64,000 nucleotides of DNA from a virus: positions 1-64,000 of the IMG/VR virus record IMGVR_UViG_3300047174_000111; one strand, 5' to 3'. Position numbers and translations under genes: made by a program. The notes beneath the pieces are model-generated. The model was not told the origin of the DNA and ran no database searches. It saw nothing but the letters and a program-made list of their open reading frames with translations. Of the stretch, positions 45,239 through 56,054 are shown one piece after another (within the stretch, counting starts at the first letter, position 1; every line of letters begins with the position of its first letter).

Positions 45239-48040
45239 ATGGCGCCTAAAATCACGCCGGGCGCAAGGGTGACCGCGTTCACGCAGGAAATGATCTCGCG
45301 CGTCGCGGGCACGCTCAACTTTTTCAGCACCCAGGCCGCGCCCGGCGCCGCGACGGTGATCCGTCCGCCGACGGCCGAGCCGTGGTTTGGTCCCGGTCGG
45401 CCGATGCTCCCGGCCGCGCCGGCCCAGGACGTCAAGGGGCGGGCGTTCGACTACCCGAACCAGTACAACATCCAGATCCAGCCGCGCGCCTACGAGGGCA
45501 TTTCCTTTGGGATGCTCAAGCGGCTCGCCGACGCCTCGGACATGGTCAGGCTCGCGATCGAAACCCGCAAGGACCAGTTCTCGGCGCTGGAGTGGTCGAT
45601 CCAGCCCAAGATGGCGCAGGGCCAGGAGCTGCGATCAGCGCCGGACGCGCGCTGCGCCATGATCGAGGCCGCGCTCCAATATCCCGATCGGCGCCTGCCC
45701 TGGCACGCCTGGCAGCGCAAGATCATCGAGGAGCAGCTCGTCACCGACGCGGTGTCGATCTATGTGCGCCCCGACATGGGCGGCCGGCCATACAGCTTCG
45801 AGGTGCTGGACGGCGAGACGATCGCGCCGAAGCTCGATCTGTCGGGCCGCGAGCCTGAGGCGCCCGCGCCGGCCTACCAGCAGCGGCTCAAGGGCATGCC
45901 TGCGGTTGACTACAGCTCCGACGAGCTGATCTATGCGCCGCGCAATCCAAGAAACGGTCGCGTCTACGGATGCTCTCCTGTAGAACAGATCATCATGACG
46001 GTAAATATTGCGATCCGTCGTGAAGTATCAAAGCTCCAATTCTACTGCTATTCTGATGATACAGAGGTGCTTACGAAGCGCGGATGGCTTCGCTTCGCCG
46101 AGACGACTTCCGACGACCAGTTCGCAACCCGTCAGATCAACACGGCCGTATTCGAGTGGCAAAAGCCTTACGACACTTTCTACAAGCATTATACTGGAGA
46201 ACTGATCCACTTCACCGGTCGATCGCTCGACCTGCTCGTGACGCCTCACCACAGGATGCTCGTGAACGTCTTTCCCGGAGCCATGGGCCGCAAGCCCAAG
46301 GGAGAGCACGTCATCACCGCAGAGGAGCTTGAGCGCTATGGCACGCCCAACGTCGGCCTACCGCAAACATCGGTGTGGGCAGGCGAAGAGCTGGGCGACC
46401 AAACGTTCACCGACGCCAACCCGCACTCCTGGGACATCACGCTCACCGGCGATCAGTATTGCGCCTTCATGGGCATGTATCTGGCCGAGGGCAATCTCAG
46501 GAAGCGATCGATTGCCATTTCCCAGCCGCCCGACACGCGCGGCGCGCACGAGAAGTACGGCGCGCTCCTGAAAGAAATCTTCGGCAGCGTCAGCTACTGC
46601 GGCCACCAGTTCGAGGTGGGACGCAAGGCGCTGGTCGAGCACCTTCGCCAGTTCGGCAAGGCTGGCGAAAAGTTCATCCCTGAGACGATCAAGGGCGCGA
46701 CGCCACGTCAGCTGAAGATTTTCTTCGAGCACTATATGCTGGGTGACGGAACGGCGTTCGGCGATCGAGGCGGCATCCAGCAGGCGTTCACGGTGAGCCG
46801 GCGGCTCTCGGACGATCTGACTGAGATCGGTCAGAAACTGGGCTATGCGCCGGCGGTGTTCACCCGCAAAGCTGGGAAGGGAATGGTGGGAGACCGCGAG
46901 GTCAACCAGCGCGTCGGCTACATGATCACGTTTGGGCGCCGCAAAGCGACCAAGGGCTGGACGGCGAAACGCGTGAACTACGACGCTCCGGTCGCATGCG
47001 TCTGCGTCCCGAACAAGTTCCTGTACGTGCGCCGCAACGGCAAAGCGGTTTGGTCCGGGAACACGGAGGGCACTGTTCCGGAAGCACTCGCGAGTGTCCC
47101 GAAGGAGTGGGGACCGGACAAGATCAAGGAATTCCAGGACATCTGGGACACGATGCTTGCCGATCAGGCCACGAAGCGGCGACTGAAGTTCGTGCCGGGC
47201 GACATGACGTTCCAGCCGACCCGCGCGGATTCGTCGCTGCAGGACCCATACGACGAGTGGCTCGCCCGCGTCATCATGTTCGCGTTCAGCTTGCCGGCTT
47301 TGCCCTTTGTAAAGATGCAAAATCGCGCGACCGCTGATACCGCTTACGAAACGGCTTTGGAGGAAGGTCTCCAGCCCATGATGACCTGGTTCAAGACCAG
47401 CATCATGGACCGGATCATCCAGCGGAATTACGGGTTCACTGACGTGGAATTCGTCTGGAAGGACGTCGACGACGTCGATCCGGGCGAGCAGCAGACCCGA
47501 GACCTGTCAATGATCCAGGTCGGGGTGAAAAGCATCGACGAGGTGCGCGCCGGCATGGGACTGCAGCCGATCGGCATGACGCACGCCATCTGGGGCATCG
47601 GCCCGGCCGGCATCATGTTCGTCTCCGACCTCGTCCAGGCGCGGGACCAGGGGCTGCTGCAGATCCAGCCGCCGGCGCCGCCGCCCATGATGGCGGCCGG
47701 TGATCCGAACGACCCGATGGACGGAGGACCGGGCTTCGTGGACGGCGGTAGCCCGGCGCCGGGATCGAACGCGGCGCCGATGCTTGCGCTGCCCGCACCG
47801 CGCCGCGCGCTGCCCGCGCCTGGGCAGCCCGGCGTGGCGGACGCGCTGGCCGGAGTGCCGCCGAAGCTGCTCGCTGCCGTTGGTCTGGGGCCGGCCGGAC
47901 CGGCGGGTCGCAGCGTCGATGTGACATCTGGCGAGGAGACGGCCAGCGACCCGCTGGCGCGGCATGCAGCCAACCCCACGGTGCTGCGCACACTGCGCGC
48001 CGCGGAACGCACCCAACAGAACAGGAGACCAAGCCGATGA
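45239..48040 (+). CDS. Portal protein containing a LAGLIDADG intein
   Basis: YGCSPVEQI, EG.VP, DEWLAR...F, NRATA, DEVRA..GL portal motifs split by the intein. Confidence 0.9.
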   Translation: MAPKITPGARVTAFTQEMISRVAGTLNFFSTQAAPGAATVIRPPTAEPWFGPGRPMLPAAPAQDVKGRAFDYPNQYNIQIQPRAYEGISFGMLKRLADASDMVRLAIETRKDQFSALEWSIQPKMAQGQELRSAPDARCAMIEAALQYPDRRLPWHAWQRKIIEEQLVTDAVSIYVRPDMGGRPYSFEVLDGETIAPKLDLSGREPEAPAPAYQQRLKGMPAVDYSSDELIYAPRNPRNGRVYGCSPVEQIIMTVNIAIRREVSKLQFYCYSDDTEVLTKRGWLRFAETTSDDQFATRQINTAVFEWQKPYDTFYKHYTGELIHFTGRSLDLLVTPHHRMLVNVFPGAMGRKPKGEHVITAEELERYGTPNVGLPQTSVWAGEELGDQTFTDANPHSWDITLTGDQYCAFMGMYLAEGNLRKRSIAISQPPDTRGAHEKYGALLKEIFGSVSYCGHQFEVGRKALVEHLRQFGKAGEKFIPETIKGATPRQLKIFFEHYMLGDGTAFGDRGGIQQAFTVSRRLSDDLTEIGQKLGYAPAVFTRKAGKGMVGDREVNQRVGYMITFGRRKATKGWTAKRVNYDAPVACVCVPNKFLYVRRNGKAVWSGNTEGTVPEALASVPKEWGPDKIKEFQDIWDTMLADQATKRRLKFVPGDMTFQPTRADSSLQDPYDEWLARVIMFAFSLPALPFVKMQNRATADTAYETALEEGLQPMMTWFKTSIMDRIIQRNYGFTDVEFVWKDVDDVDPGEQQTRDLSMIQVGVKSIDEVRAGMGLQPIGMTHAIWGIGPAGIMFVSDLVQARDQGLLQIQPPAPPPMMAAGDPNDPMDGGPGFVDGGSPAPGSNAAPMLALPAPRRALPAPGQPGVADALAGVPPKLLAAVGLGPAGPAGRSVDVTSGEETASDPLARHAANPTVLRTLRAAERTQQNRRPSR
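46046..47062 (+). mobile_element. Intein with homing endonuclease domain
   Basis: Begins CYSDDTEVLTKRGW, block B VTPHH, GMYLAEG and YMLGDG motifs, ends VRRNGKAVWSGN followed by Thr+1. Confidence 0.9.
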
Positions 48041-48927
48041 ACTACACGACCGAGTTGCCGCTGTGGGAACTTCACGGTCTGCCGTTCAAAACGGAGGAAG
48101 GGCAAACGATCGGGTTTGTCAGGTCCATCGATGCCGAGGCCGGCACGGTGACGGTGGAGCTGAACGACGAAGGCGGGGAGCTGGTCATCTCGGCGGGCGG
48201 CGTTCTCGACAACGGCCATTTCGACGGCATCAGGATGCGCGAGCCTCTGCGGCCCAGGGCGCTGGACAAAGGCGTCGGCGTCGACACGCTTGATGCGATC
48301 GACCAAGCGCGGGCGAAGTTTGGGATTCCGCCGCTCGCGCGCCTCCGGGCTTACAGTGTGGCGTCTGGCGGCACGATCGAACCCGGCGCTCCGGTCCACG
48401 AGCCATCTTTTGAGCAAACGCTGCCGCGGCGGCTTGTCGAGGATATCGTCGACCGCACCACGGACAAGGCGCCGGTAACGTTTGACACCGACATGGCGCC
48501 GATCACTGACATGATACGCCGTCCGACGATCGGCGTGAGCTGGTCGGAACCGCCGGCCGCGGTCAAGCGCGCGATCGCCACTCTGAAGGGCGACCTGCGC
48601 ATGCCGCGACCCGGCGCGCTGCGGCCGGTGCCGAAAATGCCGGACGAACCTGTCCAGGCGCTGGTGCTGATGAGCCGCGACAACCCGCATGGCTGGAAGC
48701 TGGAGGAGCTGCTCGACCAGCTGGAGGTCGAACTCAAGGCGAAGAACGAGAAGCTGGTCGGCGACGACAGCGACACGGCGATCCGGGTGCTGGCGAACAA
48801 TCGCCGCATCATCACCCTGCTGCACCAATGCGCGCTGATGCAGCGCGACAGCATCGATGCGCTCGATCGGCTCGCGCCGGACCAGGGGCCGCTGGGCAGA
48901 CCCAGGATCGGCGACGGTGCAACGTGA
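48037..48927 (+). CDS. Hypothetical protein
   Basis: AGGAG RBS; C-terminal LMSRDNPHGWKLEELL domain. Confidence 0.6.
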   Translation: MNYTTELPLWELHGLPFKTEEGQTIGFVRSIDAEAGTVTVELNDEGGELVISAGGVLDNGHFDGIRMREPLRPRALDKGVGVDTLDAIDQARAKFGIPPLARLRAYSVASGGTIEPGAPVHEPSFEQTLPRRLVEDIVDRTTDKAPVTFDTDMAPITDMIRRPTIGVSWSEPPAAVKRAIATLKGDLRMPRPGALRPVPKMPDEPVQALVLMSRDNPHGWKLEELLDQLEVELKAKNEKLVGDDSDTAIRVLANNRRIITLLHQCALMQRDSIDALDRLAPDQGPLGRPRIGDGAT

Positions 48928-49579
48928 AATGAACCCGTGTCAGCACGTCTACATGCGCTCGATGGATCAGATGCACCTTTTCCGCTGCGTCAAATGCGGC
49001 CACGTCATGCCGCGGGACGAACTGCGTGGACGAACGATCGAGGTGCTGCGCGATCTGATCAGCACCCAGGAAAACATGGAGGATCGCCCTGACGCACGCG
49101 GCCTATCCCCACTGCTGGTCAGAGCGCGTGCGCTGCTCCAGGAGATTGGCGGGTGAGCCATAACATCTGGACGTGCGGGTGCGCCGACTGCGCGCCGCGC
49201 TTGAGCGACGCCATGAAGAACCTGCAGGCCTCCGTCTGCGCCTCCATCTGGGCGGCTGAGGAGGGCGCCATCATGGGTGACGACATCGCCGAAGACGGCT
49301 TGACCTACCAAGCGCTGGTCGCCAAGGCTCCGTACAACATGGCTGATCTCGTGAAGTCGGCGAAAGAGCTGAGCGCGTTGATCAAGGATATGTACGATCC
49401 CATGGCCCTCTCCAATTTCGAGCTGCCGCTCCTGCCGACGATGGGCTTCAAGCCCGCAAGAGACGTGCCTGTCCCGCTCGACGCGTGCCGCCGCACGGCC
49501 GTCATCATCAAAACGCCGTCGCCACCGGTGACCGGCAACCGGCACGCCCGGCGCGCGGCGCTCAGTCGGAAGAACCGAC

Positions 49580-50851
49580 ATGCTTGAGCTGCTGAAGTTC
49601 GACGCCGCGAAGCACCCGCGCGACGACGCGGGCCGGTTCAGCGGCACGGCATCGGTGGCCGACGGCAAGCCGGCGCCCGTGGTGATCCGCGCCGACGGTC
49701 CGCGTTCGCTGACCCGGGGCGAGGCTTGGCAGCGCACCGGCGCCAAGATCGCGGAGCTTCCGGCGAGTTACACCGGCTCCCGCGACCGCGAGTTGCCGGT
49801 CGGCTCGTTCACGACCCACAAGCTGGTTCACCAGATCCCGCACGACATGGACCTGCGCGAGGACGCAGGCCTGCGCAGCCGGTTGTTCGGCATCGTGAAG
49901 CAGGAGCGCGAGGGCGCTGTGGCGAAGGGGCGGGAGCGCGGCCTGATCCCTGACGGCACCGAACCGCGGGCGATCACGCGGGCCTACAACCACGGCGCCA
50001 TGCTGGCGCTGCACGACCACGGCGCGGTCGACTACGACTTCAAGATGGACGACGACCTGAAAGCGCAGATGAAGCCGATGGAGGACTTCATCCGCTACGC
50101 CCGCCGGCGCGTGAAGTCGAAGGTGCTCGGGCAGGAAAAGGGAAGCTGGAAGCCCTACCGCGCGGCGTTCGGCAAGCCGTTCAAGAACGCTAAGTTCAAC
50201 AAGGAAACAGGCGAGCAGCGCCTCCGCGTCCGTCCGAACGACGTGCTGATCAAGGCCGTGCCGTCGCCACCGGTGGGGCAGTCGCCCGGCGCGACAGGTC
50301 CGCTCCAGGCCGGCCAGGTCTCGCGCTGGGACAGGATGCGCGTCACGCTGGCGCGCAGCGAGAACGCCGGCAACAGGTCGTTCAAGCCCCTCACGATGCA
50401 GCAGCGCCTGGAGCGCAAGCACGCCGCGGTCGATGAGCGGCTCAAGCTCCAGCAGGGCGGCATGCGGCTCAACCAGGGGATGCTTGGCTCGCTCAAGGGG
50501 CTCAACATCAGCAAGCGCCCCGGGCTGCAGTCGGCCCTATCTACGGGCCCGAAGATCGATCTCGGCGCGCTGTCCCGCCCCGCAGCTCCGGCGGTTCCGG
50601 ACATGACCAAGCTGGCCCCGTCGCACAAGGTCGCGCCGGCGGCGCACGACATGATGCCGGACCACCTCAAGCACATCACGGCGCCGACCAGGCGCATCGC
50701 CGCGCCGCGGCCCGTCGCTGCCATGATGCCCACGGTCAACGCCATCCTCAGCTCCAGCGCCCGCCAGCACGATCCGCGTCCCAACCGTTTCCGCAACACC
50801 CAGGCGGTCGCCGACCACAAGGCGCCGATCGGCCACATCGGCCACGGGTGA
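49580..50851 (+). CDS. Head-associated protein with HPR..G.F motif
   Basis: N-terminal KFDAAKHPRDDAGRF. Confidence 0.6.
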   Translation: MLELLKFDAAKHPRDDAGRFSGTASVADGKPAPVVIRADGPRSLTRGEAWQRTGAKIAELPASYTGSRDRELPVGSFTTHKLVHQIPHDMDLREDAGLRSRLFGIVKQEREGAVAKGRERGLIPDGTEPRAITRAYNHGAMLALHDHGAVDYDFKMDDDLKAQMKPMEDFIRYARRRVKSKVLGQEKGSWKPYRAAFGKPFKNAKFNKETGEQRLRVRPNDVLIKAVPSPPVGQSPGATGPLQAGQVSRWDRMRVTLARSENAGNRSFKPLTMQQRLERKHAAVDERLKLQQGGMRLNQGMLGSLKGLNISKRPGLQSALSTGPKIDLGALSRPAAPAVPDMTKLAPSHKVAPAAHDMMPDHLKHITAPTRRIAAPRPVAAMMPTVNAILSSSARQHDPRPNRFRNTQAVADHKAPIGHIGHG

Positions 50852-50857
50852 TCGCCG

Positions 50858-53008
50858 GTGACCGAACTAGCCAAGCACGTGCCGGGCGCGCCTCTCACCG
50901 ATGCGGAGCGGCAGCAGCGGCGCGACGCGGCGCGGGCGCGGTGGGCTGCCGTCGGTGCCGGCGCTGCTGGGGCGGCGGGTGCCGCAGCGGCGCATTTCGG
51001 CACCAAGGCCGTACGTGCCTACGTACTTGGACGCATCAGGACGGCCCATGGCCCGGTCCGGGCCGAAAATGCGCGCCACGCCACCGTGACCCGCGCTCTG
51101 GCCGCGCACGAGAAGGCCGCGCTATCGGCGATCCGCAAGTGGCCCGTCCCGCCGGCGCGCGCCATGCTCCGGCACGACGTCCACACCAGACTGCGTCAGA
51201 TGCGTCAGATGCCGTCCGAAGTGATGGGCGTCGATCCGGAGACCGGCGAGGATATTCACGGACCGGTCGACCAGGAGGCGGCCGAGCGCATCGCGGGCGA
51301 GATCGAGCAGCGTCGCGCCCGCCTCGCGCAGCTGGCCGACGCCAAGCCGCCGAAGCGTCAGCCCCGCAAGGCCACGATCGCCAAAGTGCCGCGCGCCCAT
51401 ACCAGGGAGATCACCGTCAAGGATCGCGAGAGCGATGAGGCGCGCGCGGCCCGGCTCCGCAACCTCGATGCGCGGCACGAAGGCCTGCTCGATCAGTTCG
51501 AGCGCAACGGCGCCACGCCGGACGAGCTGGAGGAACTGCGGGGTAAGCTGGCGGCGAAGCGCGCGCTGATCGCTGCCAAGCCTGTTCGCGTGCGCGGCGC
51601 GAAGAAGACGATACCCGTTGGGTTCGAGCGTACTTCGGATGCCGCGAAGGTCAAGCGCAGGGCCACGACGGCGCGAAGGCAGGGCACGCCGGATGACAAG
51701 GCCCTGAAGCAGCTCCGCGACGAACTGCGAGACCGGGTGGCCGGCGAGATGCACCCGCGCAAGTGGTCCGAGCTGTCGCGCCACCTGACCGCGCTGGGAC
51801 CGGCGCAAGACAGCTTCCGCGCCACGGCTGCGCCACTTGCCCGCTGGGCTCTCCCGACCCGCACGACACGCCGCGGCCTGATCGGGCTCGGCCTCGGGCT
51901 GAGCGCGCTGGGCGGCTACTATGCGGGCCGCGAGCTGGGCAAGTCGGCCGACCGTCTCCTGGCCGCCCCGGCTGAGCTGCTGGCGAAGGCAGCGCCCGAT
52001 GGTACGACCGATGCGACCGACGCCGCTGACACGATCGCCGCGGCCGGCCTCGCGGCGCAGGAAACGATGGCTGAGCGTCTCGCCGAGACCTTCCGGCACT
52101 GGAAGGACGACGTGACGCCGACGCTCCTCGACGACGAGCCACTCAGCCTGCTCGACGCGTTTCAGACCGGAGCGGCGAACGCCTACGCGCCGATCGGCGA
52201 CGCGATGCGCGCCGGGGCGGCTGCAACGGTGCCGGTCACCCAGGAGAGCGACGGCGGCCGCCAGCGCACGCTGGTGTTCAATTTGGGGCAGGTCCGCAAC
52301 CCGCTGGTCGAGGCCTACATCGACCAATACCGCAAATCCAAGATCGCCGAGCTGACGGCGGAGCAGCAGGAGGCGGTGACCAACCATCTGATCGACGCTG
52401 CGCGGACCGGCGCGTCTCCAGACGAAATGGCGCGCCGCATCCGCCAGACTGTCGGCCTGACGTCCAACCAGTCCGCCCAGGTCCTCGCCTACCGGCGCGA
52501 GCTGGAGCAGCTCCAGGGCAACGCGCTGAACCGCAAGCTGCGCGACCAGCGCTATGACCGCACCGTCCTCAAGGCCATGACATCCGGCAATTCGCTCACC
52601 ACGGCGCAGATCGACGCCATGGTGGATGCCTACCACCGGCGCTATCTCGCCTACCGGGCCATGACGATCGCGCGCACCGAGGGCGTGGGCGCGGCGAACA
52701 ACGGGCACATGGCGGCGCTGCAGCAGACGCTCGACGCCAACCCGGACATGGAGGTGGTGAAGCGCTGGATCGCCAAGCTGGACGAGAAGACGCGGCCGGA
52801 TCACCGGGTGCTGAATGGGCAGATCGTGGTGGGCTTCATGACCTCGTTCAAATGCCCAAGCGGTGACGTGATCCGATGGCCGGGCGATCAGCAGGCGCCG
52901 GCCAGAGCGGTGATAAATTGCAGATGCACCATCGCAACGATGCTTGTGCCCAAAAAGAGCGCGGCGCAGTTTGTCGCCGACGATCCTACGAAAGGCGGCG
53001 CGACGTGA
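50858..53008 (+). CDS. Head morphogenesis (MuF/SPP1 gp7-like) protein with long N-terminal extension
   Basis: RAMTIARTE, KRW....DEKTRPDH, INCRC. Confidence 0.85.
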   Translation: MTELAKHVPGAPLTDAERQQRRDAARARWAAVGAGAAGAAGAAAAHFGTKAVRAYVLGRIRTAHGPVRAENARHATVTRALAAHEKAALSAIRKWPVPPARAMLRHDVHTRLRQMRQMPSEVMGVDPETGEDIHGPVDQEAAERIAGEIEQRRARLAQLADAKPPKRQPRKATIAKVPRAHTREITVKDRESDEARAARLRNLDARHEGLLDQFERNGATPDELEELRGKLAAKRALIAAKPVRVRGAKKTIPVGFERTSDAAKVKRRATTARRQGTPDDKALKQLRDELRDRVAGEMHPRKWSELSRHLTALGPAQDSFRATAAPLARWALPTRTTRRGLIGLGLGLSALGGYYAGRELGKSADRLLAAPAELLAKAAPDGTTDATDAADTIAAAGLAAQETMAERLAETFRHWKDDVTPTLLDDEPLSLLDAFQTGAANAYAPIGDAMRAGAAATVPVTQESDGGRQRTLVFNLGQVRNPLVEAYIDQYRKSKIAELTAEQQEAVTNHLIDAARTGASPDEMARRIRQTVGLTSNQSAQVLAYRRELEQLQGNALNRKLRDQRYDRTVLKAMTSGNSLTTAQIDAMVDAYHRRYLAYRAMTIARTEGVGAANNGHMAALQQTLDANPDMEVVKRWIAKLDEKTRPDHRVLNGQIVVGFMTSFKCPSGDVIRWPGDQQAPARAVINCRCTIATMLVPKKSAAQFVADDPTKGGAT

Positions 53009-53421
53009 GCCTAGCCGTGCCGAGGTAGGCGGAACAGATGGACCGCGATCTTTGGCGGGGGCGCCGCTGATGGACGCGACGGGTTTTGTGAGCGCATGAT
53101 GATCGAGCGAATCGGCGACACGGACGTGGTGCACGGGTTGGATGGAACCATCTGTCCCGCCCCAACCCCAAGGCGCTTCATCAGGTCAGTGCTCGAACGT
53201 CTCGATGCTGACATGGAGGCCGAGTATCGGCACCTCACCGAGCGCGGAATGCCAGCGGGCGAAGCGATGGCGGAAGTACAGCTGCGGTTCGCGTGGTCAC
53301 GCCAGCGTCTCGCCAGTGGTCTGGCCGACGAGATGGCACGATTGCCTGTTCCGCCGCTTGTTCTGACCCGGGAGCAGGCAGAGGAGTGGGGACTGCCAAT
53401 CAAGCCGAAAGGAGACGCTAC

Positions 53422-53874
53422 ATGAACGACGCCGAGCGCCGCTTCTGCCACGATCTGGCCAAGGCCGTGACCAGCTCGGGCACCTACACCTACCAGGGCG
53501 AGGCGACGGCCGGCGGGATCGGCTCGATCTTCCGCGGCTCCTCGCCGTCGCCCTGGGGGCTGCGCGCCGCGTCCCGCCTCAGTGGGCTGCGATCCAAGCA
53601 TGTCGCGGGCTCGGCGCAGTCCCAGTCTCTGCTGGTCGGCCAGGCGGTGCGGGCGATCCAGCGCGGCAAACGCACCTCGGGTCACGCGATCCGCCAGCTC
53701 GCCGCCAGCACGGCGCGCCGCGCGCCCGTGGTGTCCACGGCGGCGCCCGGGCAGGCGCTGAAGGGCTCTGGGGGGTCAGGCTATACCGGGGCGCCGGCGA
53801 CGCAGCTGGGCCAGCAGCAGACCCAGGGGAACTACATCAAGCCGCCGACGCCGCCCCAGCCTCCAACGCCGTAG
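53422..53874 (+). CDS. Low-complexity hypothetical protein
   Basis: AGGAG RBS; DLAKA near the N-terminus. Confidence 0.5.
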   Translation: MNDAERRFCHDLAKAVTSSGTYTYQGEATAGGIGSIFRGSSPSPWGLRAASRLSGLRSKHVAGSAQSQSLLVGQAVRAIQRGKRTSGHAIRQLAASTARRAPVVSTAAPGQALKGSGGSGYTGAPATQLGQQQTQGNYIKPPTPPQPPTP

Positions 53875-53882
53875 AGGTTGGA

Positions 53883-54386
53883 CTACGCGGCTCCAGGGCC
53901 GGGCGGTATGGGCATCCAGTGCGTCAGGTCGTGCACACGGAAGGTGCTATCGGCCTCGGCACAACGCTGCCGAAAATGTCCGCAGTCGTCATCATCTGAC
54001 CACTGCACCCAGGCAAGCCGCGTCTCGCCGTCCCAGGCGTCGAACCACGAGCCGTCCTTGGGCGCGGTCGCGATCGGCCGCCAGCACCGCGCACCATACC
54101 GATCGAGGACCATTTCCAGCGCCTCCTCGGGCCGCTGGTCAACTGGAACCAGGACGTCACGGAACGTTGGCGGCTCGTTGCCATGACACCATGTCTTCCG
54201 GACGTACGTCTCCGTCGTGATCGAAGCTTTGACGTAGCACCAAGCCGGTTGGCCGGTCACGAGCGCAGCTGTCTCATACGTCGTGAAATAATGCGTGACT
54301 AAGCGGCGATCACGACGGATCGGCAGCGTCTCGCCGTCTTTGTGACCGCCGATGCACAGCAGGTGTTCAACCTCGTCAGTGGCCAT
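53883..54386 (-). CDS. DUF551-like protein
   Basis: WRPIATAPKDG...THWMPIP. Confidence 0.65.
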   Translation of the reverse strand: MATDEVEHLLCIGGHKDGETLPIRRDRRLVTHYFTTYETAALVTGQPAWCYVKASITTETYVRKTWCHGNEPPTFRDVLVPVDQRPEEALEMVLDRYGARCWRPIATAPKDGSWFDAWDGETRLAWVQWSDDDDCGHFRQRCAEADSTFRVHDLTHWMPIPPGPGAA

Positions 54387-54632
54387 CGATCGCCATCCTG
54401 ATCTGTCTGTAATGCTCGGGCGCGCAGTAGATGACACCGTTTTCCCGATCATAGATCGGGTCCGCCGGCTTTGTCTTGGGGACGGCCATCACGATCCAAG
54501 GGTCGATCGGCAGCCAGCGAGACAGCCACAGGATAAGCGGGTGCCCCGGGATGCGCTTCTCGGTGAAGCCGTCCAGCACGCGCGGCAGCAGATCGGTGAC
54601 GCGGACCTGGATGCCGCCGAAGGGCTCGCGCG

Positions 54633-55031
54633 TCATGTTGCGACCTTCGCCGGCGGCTTCACGTCCTGCTTCAGCTCGCCGCACAACCCGATCTTCGGGA
54701 CGTGGTGGGCGCAGATTCCGTCCTGTCCTGGCTCATACACGACGCAGGGCGAATACGGCCGGCGGTCATAGATCCCGCATCGCCCGTCGGGCTGCAGCTC
54801 GGTGCAACGGAAGTTCCAGACCCATCCTTGTCGGGGGTCGTGTATCATGCCGATCGGAACAAACGGTAGGCCGTAGGCAATCCGGCCACCGAGCACAGCC
54901 TCTTCGTAGGGATAGTCGTCAAGCAGCGTGGTCACGCTTTCAGCGGTGGGCCAATCGAGAACGTTCAAAGTGCTGAGCGTGAAACCGCGGCAGCACCGGC
55001 CAGGATCGCGGCATGTGTCGCACGCGCTCAT
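54633..55031 (-). CDS. YkgJ-like Cys-cluster protein
   Basis: CDTC...CC...C.......CGIYDRRP..PC. Confidence 0.65.
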   Translation of the reverse strand: MSACDTCRDPGRCCRGFTLSTLNVLDWPTAESVTTLLDDYPYEEAVLGGRIAYGLPFVPIGMIHDPRQGWVWNFRCTELQPDGRCGIYDRRPYSPCVVYEPGQDGICAHHVPKIGLCGELKQDVKPPAKVAT

Positions 55032-55557
55032 GTGCCGATCTCGCAAAGCTTGCGCTTTTCGATCTCCGCCTTTTCCAATTCCTCAAGGGCATGCCGAACC
55101 TCGACAGCGACTTGGGCGCAAAATCTCAAGTCGCGGACCCCTGTGGATGACGTTGGCGCGAAATGTTTTTGCAACACCGTGAATACGGTAGCCTCTACCC
55201 TCATCGCGTGACGGTCGCTGGCCGAGAATTCCCTTTTACCCCATCCGGCGGGGCGCAGGGTGTTGGCGGTAAGATCGATCATGGCTTGGCTCGCATCACG
55301 AACTCGCCACATGCAGGCGTCGTGGCGGAAACATCTGGCCGCGTGACGTAAGGCGTGTAGAGGACTGGTTGTTGATTATCACTAGGCCACAGCACCATTT
55401 GCGGCGGGTACCTGTAGCACTGGCCAGCAAGTTTATATTTGCATTCGCCGCATGTATTATTGCTCATGTCGATTTCTTCTCCAGGGTGCGCTCGAAAGGC
55501 CGAAGCATGTCAGCATACAGCTCCAGACGCGCTGCTGGAACGGGCGTTCATCAGGCC

Positions 55558-56052
55558 TCACTCGCATCCTTTCCCAACGGTTTCGCCGTTCGGCCCAGCC
55601 GTGAAATCGCGCCAGTGCCGCCAGCCTTGAGGGCAGTGAAACCCCCAGGCGCGGATCTTCGGGCCGGTGACGAACAGCGTGACGACCGGCTCGTAACCAG
55701 ACCTAGCGTCGGCGTCAGGGCCGCCCAGCAAGAGCTGAATGCGATGCGCGGCCCACGGCGACCGGAACACGAGCGCTCCCTCGTCCCGGAAATGAATCAT
55801 GTCCGGCGTGTGCTCGAAGTACGAGCCCTTCAGGATCCATGAAAGGCACGCCCAGGGATGGTCGTGCAAAGCCCTGTCGTCGTCGGACCTGAGGAATTTG
55901 TGCAGATAGATGTTGCACAACCACCTGCACCTGAAGACATGCCAGCGCTCCAGATACGGACTACCGTCATGACCGATCACGACGTCCGGGGGACGCGCAT
56001 CCAGGACTTGCAGGGCGCGTCGCGTCAGCCGGTCCCGCAGAAACGCCCTCAT
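55558..56052 (-). CDS. Cupin-like phage protein
   Basis: YLHKFLRSDDDRALHDHPW, H, TLFVTGP..R.WGF. Confidence 0.7.
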   Translation of the reverse strand: MRAFLRDRLTRRALQVLDARPPDVVIGHDGSPYLERWHVFRCRWLCNIYLHKFLRSDDDRALHDHPWACLSWILKGSYFEHTPDMIHFRDEGALVFRSPWAAHRIQLLLGGPDADARSGYEPVVTLFVTGPKIRAWGFHCPQGWRHWRDFTAGPNGETVGKGCE

Positions 56053-56054
56053 TC

